DNA of 64,000 nucleotides, from assembly GCA_049852185.1 (NCBI GenBank), contig CP187540.1. The stretch is one strand, 5' to 3'. Below, one piece after another: positions 35,809-45,985 of the stretch; position 1 is the first letter of the stretch, and each line of letters begins with the position of its first letter. The position numbers and the translations under genes were made by a program. The DNA comes from Methanocaldococcus sp. 28A (lineage in GTDB: Archaea > AGJL01 > Methanococci > Methanococcales > Methanocaldococcaceae). A model generated the notes under the pieces. It saw only the letters and a program-made list of their open reading frames with translations, was not told the origin of the DNA and searched no databases.

Positions 35809-36582
35809 TTATTGTATCTTTATAGATTTTAAAACCTCGTCCTTCAAAATATTTAAAATCTTTTTTCTATATTCAAGGAAATCTATACTTGTTCTATCTC
35901 TTGGCCTTTCTAAATCAATTTCAATAATATCTTTTATTCTTCCAGGTCTTGCAGTTAAAACAACAACCCTATCTGAGAGATAAACTGCTTCATCAACACT
36001 ATGAGTAACAAAAAATACTGTCTTTCTCTCCTTTTGCCATATTTTTAATAATTCATTCTGTAGTATATTCCTTGTTTGGGCATCTAATGCTGCAAATGGT
36101 TCATCCATTAAAACAATCTCTGGGTCGTTGGCTAAAGTTCTTGCTATGGCAACTCTTTGCTGCATACCACCACTCAACTGATGAGGGTAAGCTTCTTCAA
36201 ATCCTTCTAATCCTACCATTTTAATGAATTTTTTTGCTATCTTTATTCTTTCATTTTTTGGAATGCCTTTTAACTCTAAACCAAATGTAACATTTTTTAA
36301 AACAGTTCTCCATGGCATTAGTGTATATTGTTGAAACACAACTCCTCTATCAGCTCCAGGCCCTTTAACTTCTTTTCCATCCAATAAAACTTTCCCTTCA
36401 GTTGGATAATCTAAACCAGCTATAATTCTTAATAATGTGGTTTTTCCACAACCACTTGGACCCATAACTGTTAAAAATTCATTTTCATAAACCTCTAAAT
36501 TGATATTGTCTAATGCTTTGACCTTGTTTCCATTGAATTCAAAAATTTTTGTTAGATTTTCAACTTTCAACTTTACTTTCAT
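35809..36582 (-). CDS. ABC ATPase, nitrate/sulfonate/taurine family
   Basis: [26 protein letters not shown]. Confidence 0.92.
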   Translation of the reverse strand: MKVKLKVENLTKIFEFNGNKVKALDNINLEVYENEFLTVMGPSGCGKTTLLRIIAGLDYPTEGKVLLDGKEVKGPGADRGVVFQQYTLMPWRTVLKNVTFGLELKGIPKNERIKIAKKFIKMVGLEGFEEAYPHQLSGGMQQRVAIARTLANDPEIVLMDEPFAALDAQTRNILQNELLKIWQKERKTVFFVTHSVDEAVYLSDRVVVLTARPGRIKDIIEIDLERPRDRTSIDFLEYRKKILNILKDEVLKSIKIQ

Positions 36583-36594
36583 TTTTATCCCTTT

Positions 36595-37371
36595 TTATTT
36601 CATCATTTTTCTCCATACGAAATACTTGTCTTCAATATATCTTAGTCCTCTATCTAATATTAGACCAATTAATCCAATAATTATCATACAGGCAATAACA
36701 ACGTCCATTCTACTTAATGAATAGGCATACATAATTAAATATCCTAAACCGGCATTACTTGATGGTAGCATCTCTGCTGCAACAACACACATCCAAGCTA
36801 TACCAGCTCCAACTCTAAGTCCAGTTAAAATACTTGGGGATGATGCTGGAATAACAACCTTTATTAAAATATCTTTTTCTTTAGCACCTAAGGTTAAAGC
36901 CGCTTCAATTAATGGGGTAGGAACACTTTTAACTCCTGAGATTGTATTTATTAATATTGGGAAGAACGCTCCAATGAATATTATAAATATCATTGACATC
37001 TCTCCAAGTCCAAACCATGCCAACGATAGTGGAACCCAAGCTAATGGAGGAATTGGTCTTAATAACTCAATTAAAGTATCACATAAGCTATTTATTGTTT
37101 TATAATATCCCATCAATATTCCTAAAGGTATTGCTACAATTGATGCTAATAAAAAACCACCTAAAACTCTTTTTATACTAATTATTGTATTGTCAATTAA
37201 ACTTCCAGTTCCTAAGATTCCACTAAAAGGATGAATTAAGACATTAATAACTGCTTCAACTCTTGGCAAAATTACTGGGTTATTTAAATATATTGCTAAA
37301 ATTTCCCAGATAACAACAACACCTATTGGAAGAATAACTTTTAATATTATATTTCTTAAACTTAGTTTCAC
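36595..37371 (-). CDS. ABC permease, nitrate/sulfonate/taurine family
   Basis: RPIPPLAW, EAALTLGA, VVAAEM; true start probably GTG 37371 because the ORF-track start lies in a repeat. Confidence 0.88.
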   Translation of the reverse strand: MKLSLRNIILKVILPIGVVVIWEILAIYLNNPVILPRVEAVINVLIHPFSGILGTGSLIDNTIISIKRVLGGFLLASIVAIPLGILMGYYKTINSLCDTLIELLRPIPPLAWVPLSLAWFGLGEMSMIFIIFIGAFFPILINTISGVKSVPTPLIEAALTLGAKEKDILIKVVIPASSPSILTGLRVGAGIAWMCVVAAEMLPSSNAGLGYLIMYAYSLSRMDVVIACMIIIGLIGLILDRGLRYIEDKYFVWRKMMK

Positions 37372-37446
37372 ATATATCCCCTTCTTTTTTATAATACGTA
37401 TCTTAACTCGTAATAGTAATAATATATTAAAATTTTTTGCACAAAT

Positions 37447-37558
37447 TATAGTTGTGTGCAAAATAAATAAACTTTTATAATGGCAATTTGAATGCCTTTT
37501 ATAAGGAAGGCATTCTTTAATACCTTATTTTAATTAAGATAGTTTGCACACAACTATA
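37447..37558. repeat. Palindromic MITE-like repeat, family B
   Basis: TIR TATAGTTGTGTGCAAA / TTTGCACACAACTATA; central hairpin GAATGCCTT...AAGGCATTC. Confidence 0.9.
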
Positions 37559-37600
37559 ACAAAACTTTAAAAAGATTATGAAGTATTTAAATTTTATTAT

Positions 37601-38773
37601 TTATTCCCAAAGTGTTCCATTTAAATAGCTAATAATTTTATCGTTAGTTTTATTGTAAATTTTTCCAATTAACACTTTAATTTTAACTCCTTCATTGGTG
37701 TTAATTTCTTCAACATTTTTTATTGTTATAACCATCTTCATTTTTCTCATAAAATCTAAAAACTCATCAAAATCATCTTCATTATCAAATATTAGCTCAA
37801 AATCTTCAGAAACTCTTTTTCCATTAGCTACTTTACTAATTGTCTCGACCATTGGTAGTAAAATAGCTTCTCCTAAATCTTTAGCCCTCTTTTTTCTCTC
37901 CTCAATAGTTTCTTTAAACTCATAACTCATGAATCCTTCTCTTACAACCCTACTGAATATAAAGTCAATACCTAAATCAAAGAAAAATGTAAAGGCTGAT
38001 TTTAAATCTTCACACTGTGTAAAGTGTGTTGTGTATTTTATTGGGGGGATAGCCATATCAGGGTCTTTTAAAACTACTCCTTCTTTTTTTTCTTTATTTA
38101 ACTTTTCAATAATTTTCCTTACATGTATGTGAGCCTCTTCTTTATCAACAACTGCTAATGGCTTAACATAAGGCAGGTTATATTTTTCACACAACTTTAT
38201 TCTTTCTTTTATTGGTAGAGATTTGTTAGTTTCCCTCTCTTTTATATCAAATATATAAAATCCTAAATTTTCATAACCCCTATCGACTTCTTTATAATAA
38301 TAAGGAGTGTAAGGATTGTTTAAACCTATCATTTCCCCACATAGCATATAATAGTTATAATCATCTAAAATCTCTAAATTTAAGAATTTTTTAACTTTTT
38401 TTGTAGTGAATGGGCAGATGTATCCACTTCTCGTTAATGCATAAACTTCTCCATCTATTTTGACGATTCTTATATTATATCCATTTAATTTTTCTTCAAC
38501 AACAACTTTATCAATAAAATGGTTTTTTATTGTAGGATAGAGAGTTATGGCTCTATAGGTTTTTGGATAACCTCTAACAACATCAAGGTTATCGTTTAGA
38601 AATATAACTGTTCCTTTTTCTACTCCTCTAAATTCTTTTTTAAATAATAATGTTTTTGCTTCTTTGTATTCATTTTCCCTTAAAATTTTCTTTTTAAAAG
38701 CTTTATCTAAATCTTTTATAGATAAATTTAGTTTCTCCGCTATTTTATCTAAATCATAAGTAGAAATTTGCAT
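37601..38773 (-). CDS. ATP-dependent RNA ligase (Pab1020/Rnl3 family)
   Basis: VRGYPK, EEKLNGYNIR, LCGE, EGVVLK, IKYTT. Confidence 0.9.
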   Translation of the reverse strand: MQISTYDLDKIAEKLNLSIKDLDKAFKKKILRENEYKEAKTLLFKKEFRGVEKGTVIFLNDNLDVVRGYPKTYRAITLYPTIKNHFIDKVVVEEKLNGYNIRIVKIDGEVYALTRSGYICPFTTKKVKKFLNLEILDDYNYYMLCGEMIGLNNPYTPYYYKEVDRGYENLGFYIFDIKERETNKSLPIKERIKLCEKYNLPYVKPLAVVDKEEAHIHVRKIIEKLNKEKKEGVVLKDPDMAIPPIKYTTHFTQCEDLKSAFTFFFDLGIDFIFSRVVREGFMSYEFKETIEERKKRAKDLGEAILLPMVETISKVANGKRVSEDFELIFDNEDDFDEFLDFMRKMKMVITIKNVEEINTNEGVKIKVLIGKIYNKTNDKIISYLNGTLWE

Positions 38774-38833
38774 AATTATCCACTCCTTAGTATAAAATTT
38801 ATACAGATTTTTTAAAAGGTTTATACAAGGTGA

Positions 38834-39547
38834 TTAAATGTCTAATGCTCTTCTAACTTTTTTAATAACTTTGCTATATACTTCTATATTATATCTACTC
38901 CCTAATTTTCCATAGTGCCATCTTGTTTTCCATGGATTCTTTAATAAGTTAGATTTTAATTTTATTAGTTCTTTAGTTTTTATTTCTAATAAATTTAAAA
39001 ATTCCTTTGGTGACAAATCATCAGGTTTTTCTATATTTAACTCACTAAATTTTATATATGCATTTCCAACTTCCCAAATAAAGTGTGCATCACTTCCAAA
39101 AGCCATCGCAAAATCATATTTTTCAGCATACTCTAAAGCTTTTAAATTTGGTTCTATACTACGACATCTACTATTAAATACCTCAACAATATGCACATAT
39201 TTTAAAAATTCTTTCTCCTCTAACACATTAAATTTTGCTAAACTTCTTTTCCTCTTAAAATCAAATGGATGAGGTAAATAAACCAAAGCTCCCTGCTCTC
39301 TAACTCTATCTAATGCCTCATACAAATCTAAGTTAGGAGGAATTTCTTCATTTAAAAATAAGCCAATAAACTCTCCTCTATTTGTAGCTATTTCCTCTCC
39401 AGGTATTGCAAAATTTAGTTTAGTTAGTTTATTATGGTCACAAATCGCTGGGATAATATTTTTCCTTATACAAAATTTTTCTAAGAACCTCTTTGGATTT
39501 AAGGAACATTTACTTACTATGGAATGAACATGTAAATCTACTTTCAT
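38834..39547 (-). CDS. PHP-domain phosphoesterase
   Basis: DLHVHS, AICDHN, GEEI, PHPF, GSDAH. Confidence 0.9.
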   Translation of the reverse strand: MKVDLHVHSIVSKCSLNPKRFLEKFCIRKNIIPAICDHNKLTKLNFAIPGEEIATNRGEFIGLFLNEEIPPNLDLYEALDRVREQGALVYLPHPFDFKRKRSLAKFNVLEEKEFLKYVHIVEVFNSRCRSIEPNLKALEYAEKYDFAMAFGSDAHFIWEVGNAYIKFSELNIEKPDDLSPKEFLNLLEIKTKELIKLKSNLLKNPWKTRWHYGKLGSRYNIEVYSKVIKKVRRALDI

Positions 39548-39663
39548 TGATGTCCCCAAATATTATTTATATGAATTTTAAGGATTTATTCATTAACTTA
39601 ATATATTAATTTAAGTTTTACTACCATAAATTACCAATACTTTTATGATATCTGGTGATAATT

Positions 39664-40428
39664 ATGAAAAAAATTGGCATACTTGATATAGTTGTTATAT
39701 TAGCTATACTAATAACTTCTGTATCTTTAGCATATAAATTTTATAGTAGTAATGGAAATGATTATGAGTTTGATGGTAGTCAGATGTATAAATGTGCATG
39801 GGTTTGTGAAAATATATTAAATAAAAATTTTCCTTTAAACGCTACTGTAATTGGAAAATGGACATCCTCTAAAAAACCATTTAACGGAACTGTTGAGATA
39901 TACTATGCAAAAGGTGGAACTCTCTATGCCCTATATAATGGAACGCCAATAACTATTGGTGGAGAATTGGCTTATCAGGAAGACATAGCTGCAAAAAAAA
40001 TAATTTTACATCCAATAGGAAAATCAATAATAAAATATGAATTAAATCCAATTGAGGGGAGCTCATTTAGAGATATTGCAAACAATATAGAAAATACAAC
40101 AAAAAACTTTAAAGAGTTAAAAGTTGTTGATGTTATACTTGAAGGGAGTATTGGAGCTGATTCAAAAACATATAAGCCAGCTGAGAGACAAAAAATAATA
40201 AATAATCTAGATGTAGATATTAAAAAAGGAATGAATATATATTTTGTTGAGTATGGAGTTATATTTAATGGAAAAATGAACTTAAATACTTTAAAAAATC
40301 TTGATAGATATATAAAAGTTTCAAATATAACAACATCAAAATTAACAGTCTATGTAGTTGTAAATAATTCAATAGATGAAATACCCAATAAAATAAAAGA
40401 AAACTATGTTATTATTACATTGGGATAA
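39664..40428 (+). CDS. Membrane-anchored hypothetical protein
   Basis: N-terminal hydrophobic helix, soluble body; RBS GGTGA. Confidence 0.7.
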   Translation: MKKIGILDIVVILAILITSVSLAYKFYSSNGNDYEFDGSQMYKCAWVCENILNKNFPLNATVIGKWTSSKKPFNGTVEIYYAKGGTLYALYNGTPITIGGELAYQEDIAAKKIILHPIGKSIIKYELNPIEGSSFRDIANNIENTTKNFKELKVVDVILEGSIGADSKTYKPAERQKIINNLDVDIKKGMNIYFVEYGVIFNGKMNLNTLKNLDRYIKVSNITTSKLTVYVVVNNSIDEIPNKIKENYVIITLG

Positions 40429-40429
40429 T

Positions 40430-41470
40430 ATGAGGAAGATTGAACTTCATCATATATTTGTTATATTATCTTGCATTTATTTAATATTTTCAAACGTTTC
40501 AATAAATTCAGCAATTGTATTTTTATTTTCCGCAATATTTTTTTACATATCTTTTATTGTTGGTAAGAGATTATATTATTTAATTGATATAAATAAAGAA
40601 AATTTAAAAACAAACGTAAAAAAGCATTATAACTTTGGAATTTCTTTAATGATAATTGGGTTGATAGCGATAATCTCTGATTTAATTTGGGTAAAAGACA
40701 TTCCTTTATTTAACCCGTTATCAAGAAAATTTTTAAATGTATATTTTACAACATTGTCTCATCTCTTTTTAGTAGGTTGGGCAGTAGTAGTAGCTTCTTC
40801 TGACATAGACAAGAAAAAAATCTTATTATATACAATTATATTTTCAATGCTAATTATGCTTCTTGGATATAGGACAAATGTATTAGTTTTATTAATTTCT
40901 ATTGGAGTAGTCTTATATTATAAAAATAAAATAACCAATAGAGAAATTTTAAAATATGGACTTCTTATTTTTATTTTTTTGTTGGGATTGTCAATATTAA
41001 GATTGTATGTTTTGGGAGTTGAAGGGAATCCAATTACATCAAGGATAGCACTAACTATGAGTGTCTATGATATAATATTCAATAATTTTAATGGAATGTT
41101 TAATGGTTATATTCATTATGCAGCAGTATTTTCTTACTTAGGACTGAGTAATGGGGCAAGGGTTGTTATAGCCAAGATTTTAGGAATATCTGGGGTTAGT
41201 ATAACACCAACCATGGTTGGAGCCGTTGTTGGAGATTATGGAATTTTGGGGATAATACCTTACTTTGGAATATTGGGAATATTTTTAGGATTTTTCTATA
41301 AATTGGCAAAAGAGTTAGGAGGGATTTATTTAGGAATTTTTGGGATATTATTTGCTTATACATTAATAGGGATTGAAAGTGGAATTTTAGATTTAGATGT
41401 GATTCTCTATTACTTCTTTGGGTTGATACTATGCATCTATGCAATATTCTTGAGAAAATTAAAAAGATAG
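40430..41470 (+). CDS. Wzy-like oligosaccharide repeat unit polymerase family membrane protein
   Basis: Multiple TM segments; IPLF, LLGYRT, SITPT..G....DYG. Confidence 0.7.
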   Translation: MRKIELHHIFVILSCIYLIFSNVSINSAIVFLFSAIFFYISFIVGKRLYYLIDINKENLKTNVKKHYNFGISLMIIGLIAIISDLIWVKDIPLFNPLSRKFLNVYFTTLSHLFLVGWAVVVASSDIDKKKILLYTIIFSMLIMLLGYRTNVLVLLISIGVVLYYKNKITNREILKYGLLIFIFLLGLSILRLYVLGVEGNPITSRIALTMSVYDIIFNNFNGMFNGYIHYAAVFSYLGLSNGARVVIAKILGISGVSITPTMVGAVVGDYGILGIIPYFGILGIFLGFFYKLAKELGGIYLGIFGILFAYTLIGIESGILDLDVILYYFFGLILCIYAIFLRKLKR

Positions 41471-42552
41471 ACTTGTTTCATCCAGTATCTATTGTTATAA
41501 TTGGACATTTGATAATTTTTATTCTGGCAATTCCATATTTAGATGATATTGGATTATATTCTTTGCTTGAAATTTTAGGTGTTTTGTCAATTTTTATTAC
41601 GGGGTTTTCTTTGCCATTTCTTTTTTCTATGCAAATTAAATTTAATAAGTATCTCTTATATATCTCATTTCTTCTTTTATCTTTTTTATCAATATTTGGT
41701 GCTTTTAAAATTACACATTCTTTATTATTATCAATAATTTATTTACTCTTTATTCTTATAGTTGCAGAAATTTTTATAAGATTTTATAAAAAAAAGATAT
41801 TCTCTGATTTTTTGTTTGTTATTGGTGTTGTAGCATTTCTTTTAATAGTTTTGATTTATAAGGCTATTCCTTTATTTAATTATGAGGTAAGGATGGCTAT
41901 CAGTTCAGAACCTTTAAGATTAATATCCATGGGTGGTTTAATTTATGGAGGAATTGAAAATAAAGTTTATTTTATAATTGCATTTATAATTTTAGTATTA
42001 TTGGGTTATAAAGTTGGAGTTTTAATGCTTTTTATTGCTTATATTGTATATAAATATAGAAATATTCCATTTAAATATATGGTTTTATTGGCATTTGGAT
42101 TATTGATATTTTTAGGAGTTATGGGAAAAATCATTTTATTATCATCTAATCAGCAATGGAGACTAAATCCAATAGAGATTTTATGTTATAGGGCTTATTT
42201 TGATTTGTATGTTCTTAGCAAAATTATTGAAAGTAATATATTAACATTAGGAAAAATTACTTTAATTCCTAATGGAGAGCAACGTATAGGAGAGTTGTTG
42301 TTTAATTATAAACATAATATTACAACAACTTTATTTGGAACAATATATCTTGATTTTGGGATTTTTGGGATTTTATTTGCTATATTGTTAGGAATTGTAT
42401 CAAAATTTATATATGAGGGGGATAAAAAGCTCTATGCAATATATGCCTCTTTATTATTAGCTTATTGTGAAATAGGTATAAATTATGGATTTTTGGTAGT
42501 TTTATCTTTGTTATTCTATTTAAATGCAAGATTAAAACTAAAAGAGGGGTAA
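41431..42552 (+). CDS. Second Wzy-like polymerase-family membrane protein (paralog)
   Basis: IPLF, LLGYK, NITTTLFG..YLDFG; exact start uncertain. Confidence 0.65.
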   Translation: MHLCNILEKIKKIDLFHPVSIVIIGHLIIFILAIPYLDDIGLYSLLEILGVLSIFITGFSLPFLFSMQIKFNKYLLYISFLLLSFLSIFGAFKITHSLLLSIIYLLFILIVAEIFIRFYKKKIFSDFLFVIGVVAFLLIVLIYKAIPLFNYEVRMAISSEPLRLISMGGLIYGGIENKVYFIIAFIILVLLGYKVGVLMLFIAYIVYKYRNIPFKYMVLLAFGLLIFLGVMGKIILLSSNQQWRLNPIEILCYRAYFDLYVLSKIIESNILTLGKITLIPNGEQRIGELLFNYKHNITTTLFGTIYLDFGIFGILFAILLGIVSKFIYEGDKKLYAIYASLLLAYCEIGINYGFLVVLSLLFYLNARLKLKEG

Positions 42553-42553
42553 T

Positions 42554-43669
42554 ATGGAGAAATATATTATAAAAACTCAAAGAGGTTTTGAAAACATTGT
42601 TGTGAATAATTTAAAAGAAATTGTTAAAGATTTTAATTATATTGTCTCTCCTGATGGATTTCATGGAATTGTTATAGTTGAGAGTGATGAAGATATAGAA
42701 GATAAAATTTTACAAATTCCTGAAGTTGAGAGAGTTTTGAAGGTTTATTTTGAAACAGAGACAGATTTTGGCAAAATAGTTAATTTAGCAGAAAAGATTA
42801 AAGATTATATAAAAGAGGATGAAACTTTTGCAGTTGAAACTAAAAAAAGAGGAAAACATGATTTTAACTCAACAGATATAAACATTGTGTTGGGAGCTAA
42901 GATTAAAGATTTAACAAACGCTTCAGTTGATTTAAACAATCCAGATAAAGTTATTCATGTGGAAGTATTTAAACATAAAACTTATATATCGATAACTCCA
43001 GGAGAGAAGTATAAAAAATACACAAAAGAGAAAAAAGATGCAAGAAGATTATTTAAAAAAATTGTTATTGTGCAGATGCCTTATTTAGGAGAAAAAATTG
43101 TATGTAGAAGATTTGGAGAAGCTATTGGAAGAGCTGCTCAGGGATTTGAAGTTAAAGAGTTAATTATATCTCCAAAAGAGAAAGTAGATGCTTATGAGTT
43201 GATGGAATTTATTAGAGGAGTTAAGATAGGACAGAATTCAAGATATGAAATACAAAAAAGAGCTTATCCATTTGAGATTAAATTAGTTCCGGTAACTGTT
43301 CAAGATTTGTATCAGGTTGTTAGAGATAAGAGAAGAAATAATAGATTGTTAATAATTACTGACCCAAAAGGGGATGAGTTATCAAAAATTAAAGATAAAT
43401 TAGCAAAAGATTTAAGGGGAAAGAGGGAAATTATTGTATTTTGTGGTTCAAGGGAAGGGATTCCAAGGGGATTATTTAGATTTGCAGATTATGTAATAGA
43501 TTTAGCTCCACACATGACATTTGCTACTGAACATGCCATTCCAGCTGCTTTAATAGCCCTGTGGGGAGTTTATTGTGATGTTGATGAAGACTTAGAAGAG
43601 GAGGCAGGAGAGAATAACAATACAAATAATTATGAAGAAAAAACAGAATCTAACTCAAATGATGAATAA
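42554..43669 (+). CDS. THUMP-SPOUT RNA methyltransferase
   Basis: N-terminal THUMP (FAVETKKRGKHDF, VDLNNPD) and SPOUT knot (GSREGIP, IDLAP.MTFATE). Confidence 0.85.
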   Translation: MEKYIIKTQRGFENIVVNNLKEIVKDFNYIVSPDGFHGIVIVESDEDIEDKILQIPEVERVLKVYFETETDFGKIVNLAEKIKDYIKEDETFAVETKKRGKHDFNSTDINIVLGAKIKDLTNASVDLNNPDKVIHVEVFKHKTYISITPGEKYKKYTKEKKDARRLFKKIVIVQMPYLGEKIVCRRFGEAIGRAAQGFEVKELIISPKEKVDAYELMEFIRGVKIGQNSRYEIQKRAYPFEIKLVPVTVQDLYQVVRDKRRNNRLLIITDPKGDELSKIKDKLAKDLRGKREIIVFCGSREGIPRGLFRFADYVIDLAPHMTFATEHAIPAALIALWGVYCDVDEDLEEEAGENNNTNNYEEKTESNSNDE

Positions 43670-43700
43670 ATTTAGTCTTTAAATTTATATTATAGGTTAC

Positions 43701-43758
43701 ACCGCACCCACTATGGGGTGCGGTAGAGATATACACCCTACCTACTTTGAGGTAGGGT
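43701..43758. repeat. Tandem pair of 24-nt GC-rich hairpins
   Basis: ACCGCACCC-ACTATG-GGGTGCGGT (43701-43724) and ACCCTACCT-ACTTTG-AGGTAGGGT (43735-43758). Confidence 0.9.
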
Positions 43759-43808
43759 TAAAACAGCATTTTATTAATTAATTTTTATCTTATTTAAAAT
43801 TTTTGCTT

Positions 43809-44633
43809 TTAAAACTTAATATCATTCAATCCTAAGACATCAAATGTATTATAAATACCTTCTTTTTTGTTAGCAATAAATCTTATAGCTAATATAACTC
43901 CATTAACAAATGCCTGCCTATTACTTGCTCTGTGAGTGAGCTCAATTCTCTCTCCATCTCCAGCAAATATAACGGTGTGGTCCCCTACAACATCTCCCCC
44001 TCTTAGTGCATGTATTCCAATCTCTTCTTTCTTTCTTTCTCCAGTCATTCCTTTTCTACCAAAGACAAAGACACTGTCAATTCCCCTATTGGCTTTTATA
44101 ATCTCAGCAGCTCTTAAAGCAGTTCCAGAAGGAGCATCCTTTTTATACCTATGATGCATCTCTATAATCTCAATATCATAATGTCCAAGCTTTTTAGCTA
44201 AAAACTCTAAAGTTTTAAAGAATATATTCACTCCAATTGCAAAGTTTTGAGATATTACTGCTGCAACTTTATTATCTTTAATAGCTTTTTCAATCTCCAC
44301 CTTTTGCTCTTCTGTAAAACCAGTTGTTCCAATAACTAAATTCACACCATTTTTAGCAGCTATTTTAACATTTTCAACACATGCATCTGCAATAGTAAAA
44401 TCAACCAACACATCAGGCTTAGTTTCTTTTAAAACTTTATTTAGCTCATCTGCAGTTGATAATGGAACGCCAATTTTACCAATGCCTATTAATTCACCTA
44501 CATCCTCTCCTTTTTTTGGATGATTATGAACTTCAAATGCACAAACTACTTTCATATCATCTTGTTGAGTTATGGTTTTAATTATATTACTCCCCATCCT
44601 TCCTAAAGCTCCAGTAACAGCTACTTTAATCAT
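43809..44633 (-). CDS. dapB: 4-hydroxy-tetrahydrodipicolinate reductase
   Basis: GALGRMG, GTTG, EMHHRYKKDAPSGTA. Confidence 0.97.
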   Translation of the reverse strand: MIKVAVTGALGRMGSNIIKTITQQDDMKVVCAFEVHNHPKKGEDVGELIGIGKIGVPLSTADELNKVLKETKPDVLVDFTIADACVENVKIAAKNGVNLVIGTTGFTEEQKVEIEKAIKDNKVAAVISQNFAIGVNIFFKTLEFLAKKLGHYDIEIIEMHHRYKKDAPSGTALRAAEIIKANRGIDSVFVFGRKGMTGERKKEEIGIHALRGGDVVGDHTVIFAGDGERIELTHRASNRQAFVNGVILAIRFIANKKEGIYNTFDVLGLNDIKF

Positions 44634-44689
44634 TCTATCACCAAGAAACTTTTAAAACCATAAGGCTTCGCCTATAGGTATACCCAAAT

Positions 44690-44797
44690 TTTTGATGAAC
44701 CTTTTTTTAAAATGTTCATAGTAATAGAGGGTTTCCCTATATGCTTTTAGAAAAAGTTTCATCAAAACGGATGCATTGCTTCCTAAAGGAAGCAATG
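44690..44797. repeat. Cluster of short palindromes (third repeat type)
   Basis: TTTTGATGAA...TTCATCAAAA (44690-44767) and GCATTGCTTCC-TAA-GGAAGCAATGC (44773-44797). Confidence 0.7.
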
Positions 44798-44843
44798 CCT
44801 CTTAATATTGGATATTTGGCTTAACTATTCCACTTAATCTATA

Positions 44844-45383
44844 TTATTCTTCTAAACATCTTTTATGTTCTTCAATATCAAAATCGATTTCATAATATTT
44901 ATAGATTTCATCTGCAAGGTTTTCAGCAAATTCCTTAGCTTTTTCTTTACTTTCAAACCCTAAAACCCAAATTCCCCACATTGTTTCCCAATTGGATGAG
45001 AGCTTACAACTCTCTTTTATAGGATTTTTTCCATTAAATTTGTGGATAACTATCTTTTTATTCTTCCAATCAATATATAATGCATAGTTTTCTCCTTCAA
45101 TGTTAATATTCTCTATGTTATCTCCATAAGCTTTATTTTTAACATTCTTTTCTAAGTAAATTTTAATGAATTTGTTTAATGGTAGTCTTGAAATCTTAAC
45201 TCTTACATTTTTTAACATCTCTTCTAATGCTTCCTCAATTTCCTCCTCCTCAATCCAATTTAAAGTTATTGGTGTTAAAATTGTTATATATCTATCTCCG
45301 TCTAGTTCTATATCTAAAATTTTTAAGTATTCATTATAAATGCCAAATTGCTGTAATATTTTTATTAGATTCTTCATATTCAT
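44844..45383 (-). CDS. Hypothetical protein translationally coupled to the HEPN-like gene
   Basis: 179-aa acidic ORF; ATGA overlap with the upstream stop at 45380-45383. Confidence 0.75.
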   Translation of the reverse strand: MNMKNLIKILQQFGIYNEYLKILDIELDGDRYITILTPITLNWIEEEEIEEALEEMLKNVRVKISRLPLNKFIKIYLEKNVKNKAYGDNIENINIEGENYALYIDWKNKKIVIHKFNGKNPIKESCKLSSNWETMWGIWVLGFESKEKAKEFAENLADEIYKYYEIDFDIEEHKRCLEE

Positions 45384-45679
45384 TCCCCTAACATTATATA
45401 AAGCTTTAAGAGTTTTTCAATAATTTCAAGCTTTTCAATAATGATTGCTATAAGTTGATTCTCTTTATAGCTATACAGTTCCTGCCTTATTATATGCAAA
45501 TAGTGAAAAAATTTTAATTTTAGATAGCTCTCTTTAAATTCCTCCCAATGTTCCTCATAATGCTTTCCATGCTCTAATCTTGGGGATAAAATATAATCAG
45601 ACGCATGCCTATAAAGCTTTAAATCCATCAAAAAGTTTCTAATCTTTTTGTTGAAATTTGCATATCTCTCTTTATTATG

Positions 45680-45967
45680 CCGTTTGAAATAGTTTAATTT
45701 TTCATATGCAAATATATACATTTATAGATTATCATTACCAAAAAGTTTATATGTGAATATATATAAGTTTTAAATAGAAATTATAACTGCCCCAAATGCG
45801 GGAGTGAAATGGAGTCCCAAGAGAGTAGTCATAGCCAAATTTTAATTGATGGAAGGAGCTGGGGTCCCCTCGACAGGGGCAGAGACCTAAGCCAATGAAC
45901 CCAGAGGGTTGATGACGCCCAAGTCCAACGTGGATTTATATATAATTGTCCATGTTGGACAGACCCC
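45680..45967 (+). mobile_element. Non-autonomous IS607/TnpB-derived mini-element
   Basis: CC at both junctions versus a single CC in the rebuilt empty site; TnpB-like remnants CPKCGSEMESQE and MEGAGVPSTGAET*; left end has a second copy at 63852-63905. Confidence 0.75.
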
Positions 45968-45985
45968 AATCTTCTATATTTTCTC
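45850..45985 (+). ncRNA. Putative omegaRNA (HgcC/sotRNA-like) with host-derived guide; limits approximate
   Basis: GC-rich hairpins CCCCU-cgac-AGGGG, AACCC-aga-GGGUU and GUCCAACGUGGA/UCCAUGUUGGAC overlapping the TnpB 3' remnant; upstream TATA-like boxes at 45740-45775. Confidence 0.6.
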
